35,451 nt of DNA, taken from the NCBI GenBank assembly GCA_000934665.2, contig JYFJ02004031.1, positions 1 through 35,451 of the forward strand. The letters are read 5' to 3'. The DNA is from Catajapyx aquilonaris (Eukaryota). The notes under the pieces were generated by a model that worked only from the letters and a program-made list of their open reading frames with translations, made no database searches and was not told the DNA's origin. Of the stretch, positions 8,929-19,800 are shown piece after piece. Each line of letters starts with the position of its first letter. Within the stretch, counting starts at the first letter, position 1. The position numbers and the translations under genes are program-made.

Positions 8929-10919
8929 CTATGAGTCATCTTGCATGGGGTCCTTATCTGTGACAGGAAGATGGCTTAACATGGCCAACATTGTGTGTGG
9001 GCACAGTTCCATTGCTTTCTTCCCTGGAAATGTAAAGAGTAATAAAGAATTATGCAAAAATGCAGTGACGTAGCCACCTCACCTGCAGTCAGTCTTGCTT
9101 GATCAATCTTCTTTTGAATACTTCTTATCACCTCCTCATCTGTGATTAATAAAGCCTGGCGTGCTTCTTCTTTTGCAAGCAGTTGCTGGTTCACTTCCTC
9201 CAGCTCTGACAGGATCTTCACATAGTGAGGAGCCTGAGATACGAATTCCTCCATGTCGGGCTTTCGGGTATGGTGTTCAGGGCCAAACGTGATTTGTCCA
9301 GATTCAACTTTATGCAGATGCCTGATGGTAAATTTCGTTTATTTACTAAATATTTTTGGATATCCAATATGCACATGCAACCCAAGTTACAGTCTACCTC
9401 GTTTACACAGTGTTATGATATTAAGTCCCACTGAAATTGATAAGCATGTGCAAACAGTGTTCACTAATACTGTAGAAAGTGCTATCCAGCTGCCCCTTCT
9501 TTCCTTCCTTCCACACTACTCAAGCCACTGAAGCTGTTGATATAATATGATTTCCATGCTGAGTGGAGAAGTGACATGCAAAATAGTAATGCTGGGCTTG
9601 TTGACTGCATACAACTGTTCATTGTTGGCTAAAATGAATGAGTTTACTTTCTTACTCTGCTCTTTCTCAGTATGTTTTAATGGCACTACACTTAAAATAA
9701 TCAAGAGTTCAGGTAATAGTAGAATCTGCATTAGAAACCAGCAGATTTTCCTGTAACACTCACTTGCATGTCTGGCTATAAAGGTGCTTCCGCTCTCTCT
9801 TCATTCTTTTAAATGCATCCCTCTCAGCTTTGTAGATGGCAATAGAGGCCCGCAGTTCTTTTACACGTTCACTTTCTTCTGGTTTCCTAAAAAGGGATTT
9901 TTTGCTATAACTTTTACATGGAGGTTGTATGTTGCTACATGCCAAGTTCCCTCTTAAAATGAAACGAATGCGTATTTGGACAACTGAGTCAGTAAAAAGA
10001 TTTCACTACAAAATAAGAGCACCTCAACATTACGATGCCTAAGGATTATATTGTCGTATCTCGTATGTTTTAACATACGAGATACGACAATATAATCCTT
10101 AGGCGTCGATTAATGACCGGTTTAAATAATGTGTGACAATATGCACATCATTTTCATGTCCTCCAAGATCAGAAGGAAAAATTAAAAACATGCCATCTAG
10201 AAGAGATCCTTCACTTCTCTGACCCAGACTTCCCTCACTAGAGACCTTAACAAACAACAACTCACATCGTCACATCTCTCATGTCAGTGTTGGCAGCCAG
10301 CTCCTGCATAGCTTCTTTAGTAAGCTTCACTAGATCATGGAAGTATTCTTTGGGTCCATCAATGGCCCTCATATCATGGCATGTGTTAACAATGCTTCCC
10401 CTCAGCAGAATTCCCATCCTTTCCTGTAAGGGCATATCCTCCTGGAACAGCAGCTGATGCATGACGTCTGGCTGGGTGACTGCCATTGATGCACGGCTCA
10501 TCCGTTTGCCACAAACAAATTTTGATCTGTACAAAGTGCGAAACATTGAAATGCAGCCTGATCATAACGTCGCCATTCTGGACATAACTAACCTGCTGTT
10601 TATTAGAGAGTCCCTGCACTCAGGTTGAGTACTAAGGATGTGCATGCAATCAGTATAGTAAAAATGGGTATTTCAGTTAGAACACAAACCTTCGTCCATT
10701 CGTGAGATTCTTATCCTTAAGCGGACTCTCAGTTGGGGTAATTAATACCGAGTTCATCTCTTCGTCTGGCTTCAAGGTATCAGGAGTCACACACCTGCTT
10801 TCCACCTCCGCTGGTTCCAGAGCAGCATCAGTTGCAGGGAGAGAGTCACTTGCAACCTGATGAACAGCCTCCACAACCACCACCGGCACGTCTGGCACCA
10901 CAAACTTCACGTCTGCCAT
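8929..10919 (-). CDS. Putative kinetochore Mis12-complex subunit, Dsn1-like coiled-coil protein (6 coding exons, ~350 aa)
   Basis: Exons: 10919-10690, 10631-10593, 10526-10266, 9952-9764 (alternative in-frame acceptor at 9886), 9321-9083, 9023-8929. All are GT-AG and in frame (1053 nt). A probable 5' UTR intron spans 11002-10932. Ordered blocks resemble human DSN1 as I recall it: KRMSRASM vs WRRASM; EDMPLQERMGILLRGSI vs VDLAESKRLGCLLLSSF; RVKELRASIAIYKAERDAF vs SVAEMKEYITKFSLERQTW; EEFVSQAPHYVKIL vs NEVLNTKPDYQKIL. The gene model is strong (~0.9); the family call is by eye. Confidence 0.72.
10033..10108. repeat. Near-perfect palindrome (37-bp arms, 2-nt spacer) in an intron of the Dsn1-like gene
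   Basis: Seen: CGATGCCTAAGGATTATATTGTCGTATCTCGTATGTT-TT-AACATACGAGATACGACAATATAATCCTTAGGCGTCG. The inner 33 bp pair perfectly, with one mismatch in total. Confidence 0.95.
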
Positions 10920-11002
10920 CCTAAGGGAAGCCTGCACATGTTAATGCTACCAACTTGGGTCCAGGTTTGCTAACACTTGCTTCGAACTTCAAACGCGCTT
11001 AC

Positions 11003-11400
11003 CTAAACAGACACAAAATCAGGCTGGCAGGCACGAAGCAGCGCGGCCTGACACTGACACGTTTGCTGGTGCTCGTCTCGGCTGGTTCCCTTCCTTCCTT
11101 CCTACCAGTTCTGTCTTGTCCCTTCACCACTTCCGGAGTCCCGCGTCGACCACACCGCGGACAACAATGGCAGGGGCCGCCCCGCAGTCTATGTCTCCTC
11201 TTCCCGCCCAACTCAACCGGCAGCGTTCTTTTCTTGGGCGGCGCAAGCGTACACTGCCATCCACAAAAAATGTGTGCTCTCACCTTCTGCACCTTCTCTC
11301 ACATGGATAGTTCCGCCTCCCGCCACCCCGCAACCAACGCCATTGCCATCTAACGGCGAGAGGCCACATTAATACGGAAGGAAAGCTGAATAATCTGCAA
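11003..11400 (-). promoter_or_regulatory. GC/CpG-rich promoter and 5' UTR exon of the Dsn1-like gene
   Basis: Seen on the minus strand: donor TTTAG|GTAAGC at 11003/11002, Inr-like TCAGT at 11057-11053, ETS-like CCGGAAGT at 11136-11129, and GC-box-like GGGCGG motifs. Function is inferred from position. Confidence 0.55.
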
Positions 11401-12225
11401 TGCCATCGGCCTGTTGACCGACATGTTTCTTTGCCGCTGAACAACAAAACAATATGCCAGAGATGCCAACTCCAATGAATCAGTCAATACAATATTGGAC
11501 TACCACCTGCTGAGTAGCTTCTTTAATATTTTGTCAGATTTATTAATATACAATTTTTTTAAAACACTTGCAATGGCAATAAAATTCATGACATGAATAT
11601 GTACCCCAGTTTCTCATACCTGCATTTTCAATGATACAATGCAAGATTGACACACTATTATTCATATTGTATAATAATAGTGTTGAACACAGTAAAACCT
11701 GCCTGTATTGGAACTTGGAAACTTGCACAGTTGCACATTACAGTACTTTAGTCTAATGGGGAGGGCTACAACTGTGCTTTTGTCAATTAAAACCTGTTCA
11801 TATGGGACACTACACTACAGACTGATTTCATTGTGCATTGTACTGTTTCATCAATATAACCATATAACCAACATAATCACTCCTATTTCCTATCCAAAAT
11901 GCAGTCTATGTACAACTTAATTTTTCACATGTTACAACAGTCCTGTTAGCAATTAATGCTTATGCATTAGTCAGAGGAGTACATTTCCCCAGTGGAAAAT
12001 AAAAGCATACAAAAGATTATAGGTCACCAATATTGTACTATGGTACACACTGCACAAGTCGCATTGCTTGTGTCTAACATCAAGATGCAACAATCACCAC
12101 ACGAGAGTTTGATGGCATTTCCTATGTTGAAAAAACAATAGCACTGATGATATGTTCATGATCGCAGAAGGCTGCAAGGGACTGAGCAGAAGATGGCGTG
12201 CTGCAAATGGCAGTTGTCAACAGGA

Positions 12226-13476
12226 TCATCTTCGACGCTCAACTTGCAATTCTATGTCACATAAAATGTTGCTGATTGCCCTTTTAGCTTGAATACCTGA
12301 AATTCTGGGCAACCTATTTAGCCTCTGGGCTACGTCCATCCCAAAGAAATAGTGTTCATTGTCCTCTTCTCTCTCAACAAGAGAACTGACAGTGCCACAG
12401 ATGCTCTTTAACATGGATAAGGCTTCAGTTTTTGGATCCTTCGAGTCATTAGTCACTTGCTCTTCCAGTGTTTCCTGATGGCCATTTGCCATTGGTAACT
12501 CGAATTTGAGGCCACTGGTGTTGCCTTGGTACCTGGAAAAATTAACCGGCAATGTGATCCCTCGTACTACATGCTGGAGCATTGTGACTCTGCAACAAAA
12601 TGCTTCAGTATTGAAAGTATTCAATGAAACTGTGAGAAGCTGAAGGAAAGGAGGACAGTTGAGGACTTATAGAAGGTGGCCAATTCAAAAGCAGCCTTTC
12701 ATAACATTTGTGGATGACATTGACCTCTTCACCTAACAACTGCATATCACACAACCATGCATTGGATTACAAAAAGCGACCAACGTGCTCACAAGCTCTC
12801 GACCAACCTAGTAATGCTTGGATTGAGGCGATCTGACATCACAGCATCAGTGTCAGATGATAAAGGGTCTCGTTCTACTTCCTCGGATAGATTATCACAC
12901 TGGATGATACACTCTGGACTGAAAAGCAACAGTTGCTATAGAACTTTGTAAATAACTACAAACAAGAGCTCTTGCTACAAAGAATGAAATGTCTCGAATA
13001 ATTTGCTCTGTACCTTTTCACTACACTCTCAAATGCCATGGGCTCCCAGGAGTCTTCTCCATTATCCTCCCCGGCACAAGCAGACATCACATTGGTTCCC
13101 TCTTCGCCTCCAGACGACCTCTTCCTAAGGGCTTTCCACTTGGACATGGCTTGAGGAACTGAAAATGGACAAGCGCCATGCAATGATGCATCCTATTCAC
13201 CCCCCTCCTCTCATTACCTGTGATCCCGAACTTCTTGGCGATGTCAATCCAGGCCAGCTGCCTCTTCCTCTTAAACTTATGCTCCGGGTGTCCGATAACG
13301 TAAAGGAAGGGCTTCTTCCTGATCTCCGCCACGAATGAGGCGTTGTCGATCACGGATTTGGCCTTGCTGACGCTGGGCCTCCCTCCCAGAACCACGCTGA
13401 ACGATGAGGACCGCCGCCCTCCGCCAGACATACCGCCGACAACGCTTCTGCCGGATTGCTTAGCGGTCGCCGCCAT
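12226..13476 (-). CDS. MADF-BESS family (Adf-1-like) DNA-binding protein (4 exons, 273 aa)
   Basis: Exons: 13476-13218, 13158-13014, 12918-12808, 12532-12226. They total 822 nt, are in frame and are GT-AG. The MADF-like segment is FVAEIRKKPFLYVIGHPEHKFKRKRQLAWIDIAKKFGITVPQAMSKWKALRKR. The C-terminal BESS-like segment is DNEHYFFGMDVAQRLNRLPRISGIQAKRAISNIL. A minus-strand AATAAA at 11544-11539 is a plausible poly(A) signal. Confidence 0.88.
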
Positions 13477-13806
13477 CTTCGCTGACTTGTACCGTATCCC
13501 ACCACATCATGTGTATACAGTACAGTATCCTTGTCACAACAGATGGCGTTTGCAGCCAGAGAAGCATCTCATGGGAAAAAACTGTCGTGGGCGGCGGCGT
13601 GTTCCTGCCATCCTGCGTCGACGGCGTGGTGTTGACGGCCGGGAGACAAACGACGCTCGTTGTCCGCCGGTACGTACGTCGGAAAAAGGTGTCGCGAGCA
13701 CGGTTGTGAAGATTCGGGATGCCCTTCGTTGACGATGTGGTGTCGACGGAGGGGTGACATGCCTACTCGGGAAGCAGTAGTGTCACACAGCTCTTGGGAG
13801 GTGAGT
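13477..13806. promoter_or_regulatory. CpG-rich promoter of the MADF-BESS gene, possibly bidirectional with a plus-strand first exon ending at 13800
   Basis: Seen: high CpG density over ~13240-13930 and a consensus plus-strand donor GAG|GTGAGT at 13800/13801. The divergent transcript is inferred only. Confidence 0.45.
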
Positions 13807-16800
13807 GTCAACTTCAGATTGCTTCTGTATCAGGCTGATTGTTGTCATACGTGTATGGCATTTGAGGCACAGACGGACGTGGAAGCAGAGGGACAGACGC
13901 GAGGACAATGACACGTGTTCTTCACGTTTGTCGGGCAACAAAGTGGTGGCACTTAATTTTTGTATGCAAGCCTATCAAGTGGATCAAGCAGGAATCGCCC
14001 CAGAGAGACCCGCCTTCATAATCCAGAGATTCTGTCACATTTCTTTTGCATTTACAATATCATGCGATTTGATCCATGCTTTCCAGCTCTGGGAGACCGT
14101 TGAAATATTTATTGACACATTTGCAAAAATCATTGAGTTATGAAAACATGTGCATCATTGCATTACTAAAATCTGCAATACATTATGTTATGGCAATCTG
14201 AACGTTTGTGAGTTTATCAGCTGTTTCACCAATGAGTTACTATCAGTGCAAGCACAATACAGTATTTCCATTCTTTCTACAAATAGCATGTATGGCATCA
14301 GCGCAACGTTTTTTTTAAATGTATCATTCAGGGTATAGAGACAGTTTTATGAAGGGTACATACTGTATGTGGGTGAAGATTGAGTGAACCAATTTACTTG
14401 TGCTCCACTGCATGTACTGTAAATTCGATAAAACTTGAAATTTTATGAGCACAGTGTACTTCTGATGATGCCCACGTCACATTGTCAGCATCAATTAAAT
14501 GAGTGCAGGGTAGGGTGTATCTCTAATTGCAGAACCCATCTATTATGTTGTTAGCTAATTTTAAAAGTACCATGTACTTTACGTCTGACAGTGAATAGAA
14601 CATGTCAATGTCAATATAATAAGTGCAAGAGAGTGTAAGCCTAAATTACCTGCATAAAAAGAGGAGGTATGTAGACGGACACAACACTTGCACCATATAT
14701 TCTCTTCCAGTCATCAAAGAGGGTACTAGTAGGTGTAATAGTGTGACTGTGATTATGCAGTCATCAATCTATAATCCCTTTGAGACTGTTTTGATAAAAC
14801 ATATGTGTAAATTTTTATTTTAAAAATTAATTCGACGGTGTTTTTACAAATACATATTTTTTGTGATTATCCTGGAAGTTATACTGACCTTGTAAGTAGG
14901 GGAACTCGCACTATACAGGTCATGCGGTATTCTTGAAATTTCTCCATGCACATTATCGTGATGTTAAACTTAAAGATAGGTTTCGGTTGAACAGCATTCA
15001 AGTGGTGCAAAATATTACCCAGTCGCGTGAGGAAATACCAGGCAACCCTTACAATTGTCATTGACCACCACCTGCAGTCCCTTCACTGACCACTTACAAG
15101 GTCTCCTCTTTTGCTTTGTCATCACGGACAAGCCGGCCAAACTCGTGCCCTACCCACCTGTGTCAATTTCGATGGGACAGTACCCCCTCCAAATCATGAA
15201 TGGCTTCTTACATGTGCGTGTCCATGTGCTTATGTGAATGGAGCTGATGAGAGACGAAGTTTGACAGACCTAAGGCGTGCTGAGGTAATAGTGACATCAG
15301 ACCAGCAAAAAAAAAAACGCCCTGCCCTTGTACAAGATTTGCACTGCAATTCATGCTGAAGTGCAGAGATGTAAAGTCAGTTTAAGGGGTTAGCACCGTA
15401 GCAAGTGCGAAACTGATTTTACCTTCCATCCTACTGATTGATGGGCGAAAGTGGAGGTAATCCCATAAAAGGGCGTGAAATTAGCTCGTTTTCACCTTGC
15501 TGCCCAGAGTTTCCCTCAGCTGTCTACTATTCCCTCAGCCAATTTCCACTTAAATAAGTGGAAAAAATTTGAGAATTTTCCCGAATATTGTTCCACACAT
15601 AATATGATGAATTGGTGACTAGTATACCATATTTTGCAAAGTCGATTCAGATTCATGACCTGGCCCACATTCAGAGTTATCTCCACAAAATGTGAAGATT
15701 AGTCCAAGGCTCTAGACCGGGGGGTTTATTTGTGCACGTGTGGGTATGAATGATTTGGATTCATGTCCCGTCAGAGCAGCTTTTTGGGGGCCAGATCCCA
15801 TTCTAGGAGGCGCCGCCTTAGCCCAAAGCTAAAAGTGTGCTAGGTGCGTGGGAGAAAAAGCACGTAGGCAGATAAAACGGACTCTAAGGAGCCCCGACAG
15901 CTGCTCGTGATGATTGATAAAGATGTGTCACCGAATACCATCTTTTGTATCGGGTTTACATATGTAATTACGCGCAATTTCGAATAATCACGCGGTGAGA
16001 ATATGGCCACGTCATGGGATGTAATTAATAGGATAATATCGCTTCGTGAGAAACGGATGGTCAGATTATGCCATTTTTTTATTGCTTAGAACCCCGTGAG
16101 AAATGCTGTGTGAGGAATGGATGATGTCACCAGACCAGAACGACAAAAGGCTAATTGAGCGGTTGTCAAACCTGGCGTGATATTTCAGGGACACCTGACC
16201 ACTTTCGATATTCAGTTTTGTGGTCCGACTGGGGCATAAACGGCAGTGTAGTTGGGCTGTGAAAGTCCACAGGTCGTCCAATTAGATGGGCATCTTTCGA
16301 AGTGTTTTTCTCACAGGAACGTGGATCCACATTTTAGAGTGTCTTACGCTGCTCTCCAGGAATTTCTTCATCAGCATGTTTTTTTTTTACTTCTATTCCA
16401 AAACTGTTTTCATCATGGTCTTGACAGGTTGCGAGGTTGTTTTGGAGGAGAACAGATATGAATTTATGGGATAACCTCAGAAAATTAGGTGGATATGTTG
16501 CTGGGGTTCATAGAGACCATTACTGAGTATCCATCGTGACCAGTCGTTAATTAGTCGTTAATTAATATATCAGTTTTACCACCCCGACTTAACGTACCTA
16601 TACTTACAGCTAATATGTGAAAACTGCCCCCCCCCCCCCCCGAAGCACGTGACAGATTGTGTATGTGTGAAAGTCATAAGTTAAGGTGTTCCCCAACTGC
16701 TTGCTCGCATGTTAAACATCCAGACCCTTCTGTCGCTTAATTTATGAATTTTTAGCGTAATATCAGCATCTGTTCGGTAATATCAAGAAACGGCTTAGAC

Positions 16801-19800
16801 TTTCATGAATGTTTGGAATAAATGCGTATGTAATTGCAGGCAAGTCTCGTAAAACCATTTTGTTCTGACTAGGTCCAAGTCAGTCTCCTTTTCACACCTG
16901 AGCACACCTTTGTGATGACGAGCCCACCCGCTGCAAGCCCTTTACACATCTGTTATGTGGGTGGTAACTACCATTGCCTCTGGAAGATTTTTTTTTTTTG
17001 CCTCCTTGTTTTTGTTACGTCCCACATGGAACTTTTTTTCTTGGAAATAAGTGTAGGAGGAGTAGACGCCGCGCTTTATTGCAGGGTAGAGGTTATTCTC
17101 ATAAACCGGTATGTCTGAAGAGAAGAGGCCGCCGCTCTTGAGAAATTAATAGGATGGGAATTCGCGTGGCAATTGGAGGGTTGAAATCCAATTGCTACCC
17201 CTACTAATATTTCTTTTTGGAGAAAATAGGAAAATCTTTGTTTATTTTAAGAATAAGAGTGTAAATTCTTAAAATAAACATAATGATCTTCCCTGGTTGT
17301 GCTGTAGTTGTTCGTGTAGAGCAGTTTTTTTTACACGTATGAAGATGAAGTAATTTGGAATTATATATTGTGGTGTACGTACCGTATTATTCATTATTGC
17401 ACAGCATTTCTCAGATGCATGTGAGCTGCTTGTTAGGAGTGACGGTGTTTCACCTACGTATATATGCATCTGGTCCATCAGCATGGCGAGACCATCAGAA
17501 AGTAAACGAGTTCTCGAAGTTGGAGTGTGTTGATAGTATGTGACAGACAGGTAGACAGACTTTGCATATACACTTAGATATTTATGGAAAGAATCTGAGG
17601 TAATCACAGAGTGGAACCTCCTGTTCTCCATTACACTCCTGCCGGATGACCAGGATGTAACATGACAATGCAAAGCACGTGTAAAACCGCATTTGCCAAC
17701 CATGATCAAGACGAAAAGCTTGACTGTTCACCCTGTGTCATGCTCACAATCAATTTTATGCTCAATCATCCTACTCAACACCTGTCTCTAACACCTCAAC
17801 GTATGTCCATGAAGTAAACAAAACACCTTCACTCCCTTGTTTCCAGCAAAGGCCACCCTAAAAGATCACGAGACTTATACAGTGTATGGTACGTAATCTA
17901 TCCTTGCTATTTTTATTCCCGGCTATGAGATCGGAGCAATAAATCTCAGTCAAAGCCTTTCTACTCGAACTAATCACCTACCAGTTAATCAGTCCACTAT
18001 TTATATAATAGTAAAGAGGTGGTTACATACTGCGTTTTGGGAGGGAATATTATGTTGTTGATTATTTTACTCATGTGCTGATCCTTGACATACTGCACCG
18101 CGGGTCTTCGTCTAATGGGAAATAAATCTTTACCTTTCCAAGGCAAGGTGGGCGATCCAGTTCCTGTCCTGTAGATAGAAGAATAGAAAAAAAAAACACA
18201 AGTGCCTCCGAGAGCTTTTCTGACTGGTGCGGGTACCTTTTTATTGCTTAGGGAACATGCAGGTTCGCGCTATAAAAATGCCATCGGTGGCACATACAGT
18301 GTATTTTCTATGCAGAAGAAATGAGCTTCCAATGCTGCTGGTGATGGGGAGTGATGTCATGGGTTATGGAATTTAGTGAATGGGGTAAAATTTATTGCAG
18401 GGGATGCTAAAAGCAGTTTAAGAGAAATTTATGGATGATTTATTTTACTTCGAGAAGGATAAAAAATCAAAATTATTGTCGGAATAATATATGGTAACAG
18501 AAATTTTGCACAAAAAAAGAGGAATAGCGGTATATACAAGTACTTGGATTTTTTTTTGTTCACCCTGTGCATTTTGGCGGATAGTTATTAAAATCGTGCT
18601 GTTTATTTCGTGCCAGTTTGACGCATTCGCACATTTTCAGGTAATTCCACGTGTGATTTAAGGCCTTTGCGTGATTTTTTGACAAAAAACCTGTAATTTT
18701 GTGCCCAGTCGTGATCGAACCTAAAAGTCGCTCTTACAGCGATAGCATACTATTTTTTGCCCAAGGTATGATTAATGCCATACAATCCAAAACTGGTACT
18801 TCCGCATAATTTCCACTTTCTCGTCCCATAAGTCATTGGCTGCGTCATAACCAATTCCGTTCAGAACCTGGTTTCAAATTTGGGTCGCATTCACCAGGAC
18901 AACCCATGCACCATGCGGTGCAACCGGCTCCTGCATTAGATCATCGCCTGGTAGTGTTGTGATTGTGGTAAAAATATGTGAAAGGCAGAGGGGTCTCGTG
19001 CTTGAACTGTGATGGGGCATTTATTTGCAGTGAGTGCCCTATGGGAGGAAATGGAAAAGAGAAAGAGAAGAATAACGGATTCTCTCCAAGGGCAAGAGGG
19101 AGGATGCTTTCAAGCCATTCAGGTGTGTGCAAAGGATGAAATATGATGCGGCAATCTTTTCGTGGAATAAAGGCATATCTGGAGTATATAATGGTATAAG
19201 GAGGACAATAAGGTAATGAAGGCCTTGTGTCTATCAAAGTGTCGGTGTCATCATTGTGAGGTATGCGGACTATTCTTTTGGTGATGGACACTTTTGAATG
19301 GGGCATAAATCAAGGGACATTAATGTACGGTTGCCAAATGTATAATTATGCACGTTTGGAAACTGACATGAGTTATGTTTATTGTTTCACAGTAATTTGT
19401 GCGCAGCATCTGGTGCCATGTGATGCACTGGTGTAATTTGGTGGGGCAATTTATAAATGGCATCATCATTTTAATAATACACCACTAGCGGTAACTTAAT
19501 TCACGCTAGAGCATATTGATGTAATGAGTCAAGTGAGATGTACAGTAATAGTTCTCACTGACCATCTCATTTAAGATGAATGCGGTGGGGGGTCATGTTT
19601 CTCCTAGTTTGTGGTTGCCATTACTCTATTAATAGTTCTGGTATCATGCATATGCAGTATGTATGGTACTGTAGAGGTAAGCCACAAGTGTGACATAAGA
19701 TAGACTCGTGGTAATGCGTTTCCCATATATGACCGCGTCTGAAGTTTCGTCGATTTTCATTGGCTTTAAGCAGCTTTGCATATGAATCTCAGTATGAATC

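Noticed and set aside
10955..11353. ORFs 10955-11353 (+) and 10999-11292 (-) as proteins
   Set aside because: This is GC-rich promoter/UTR sequence with non-ATG starts and no domain signal.
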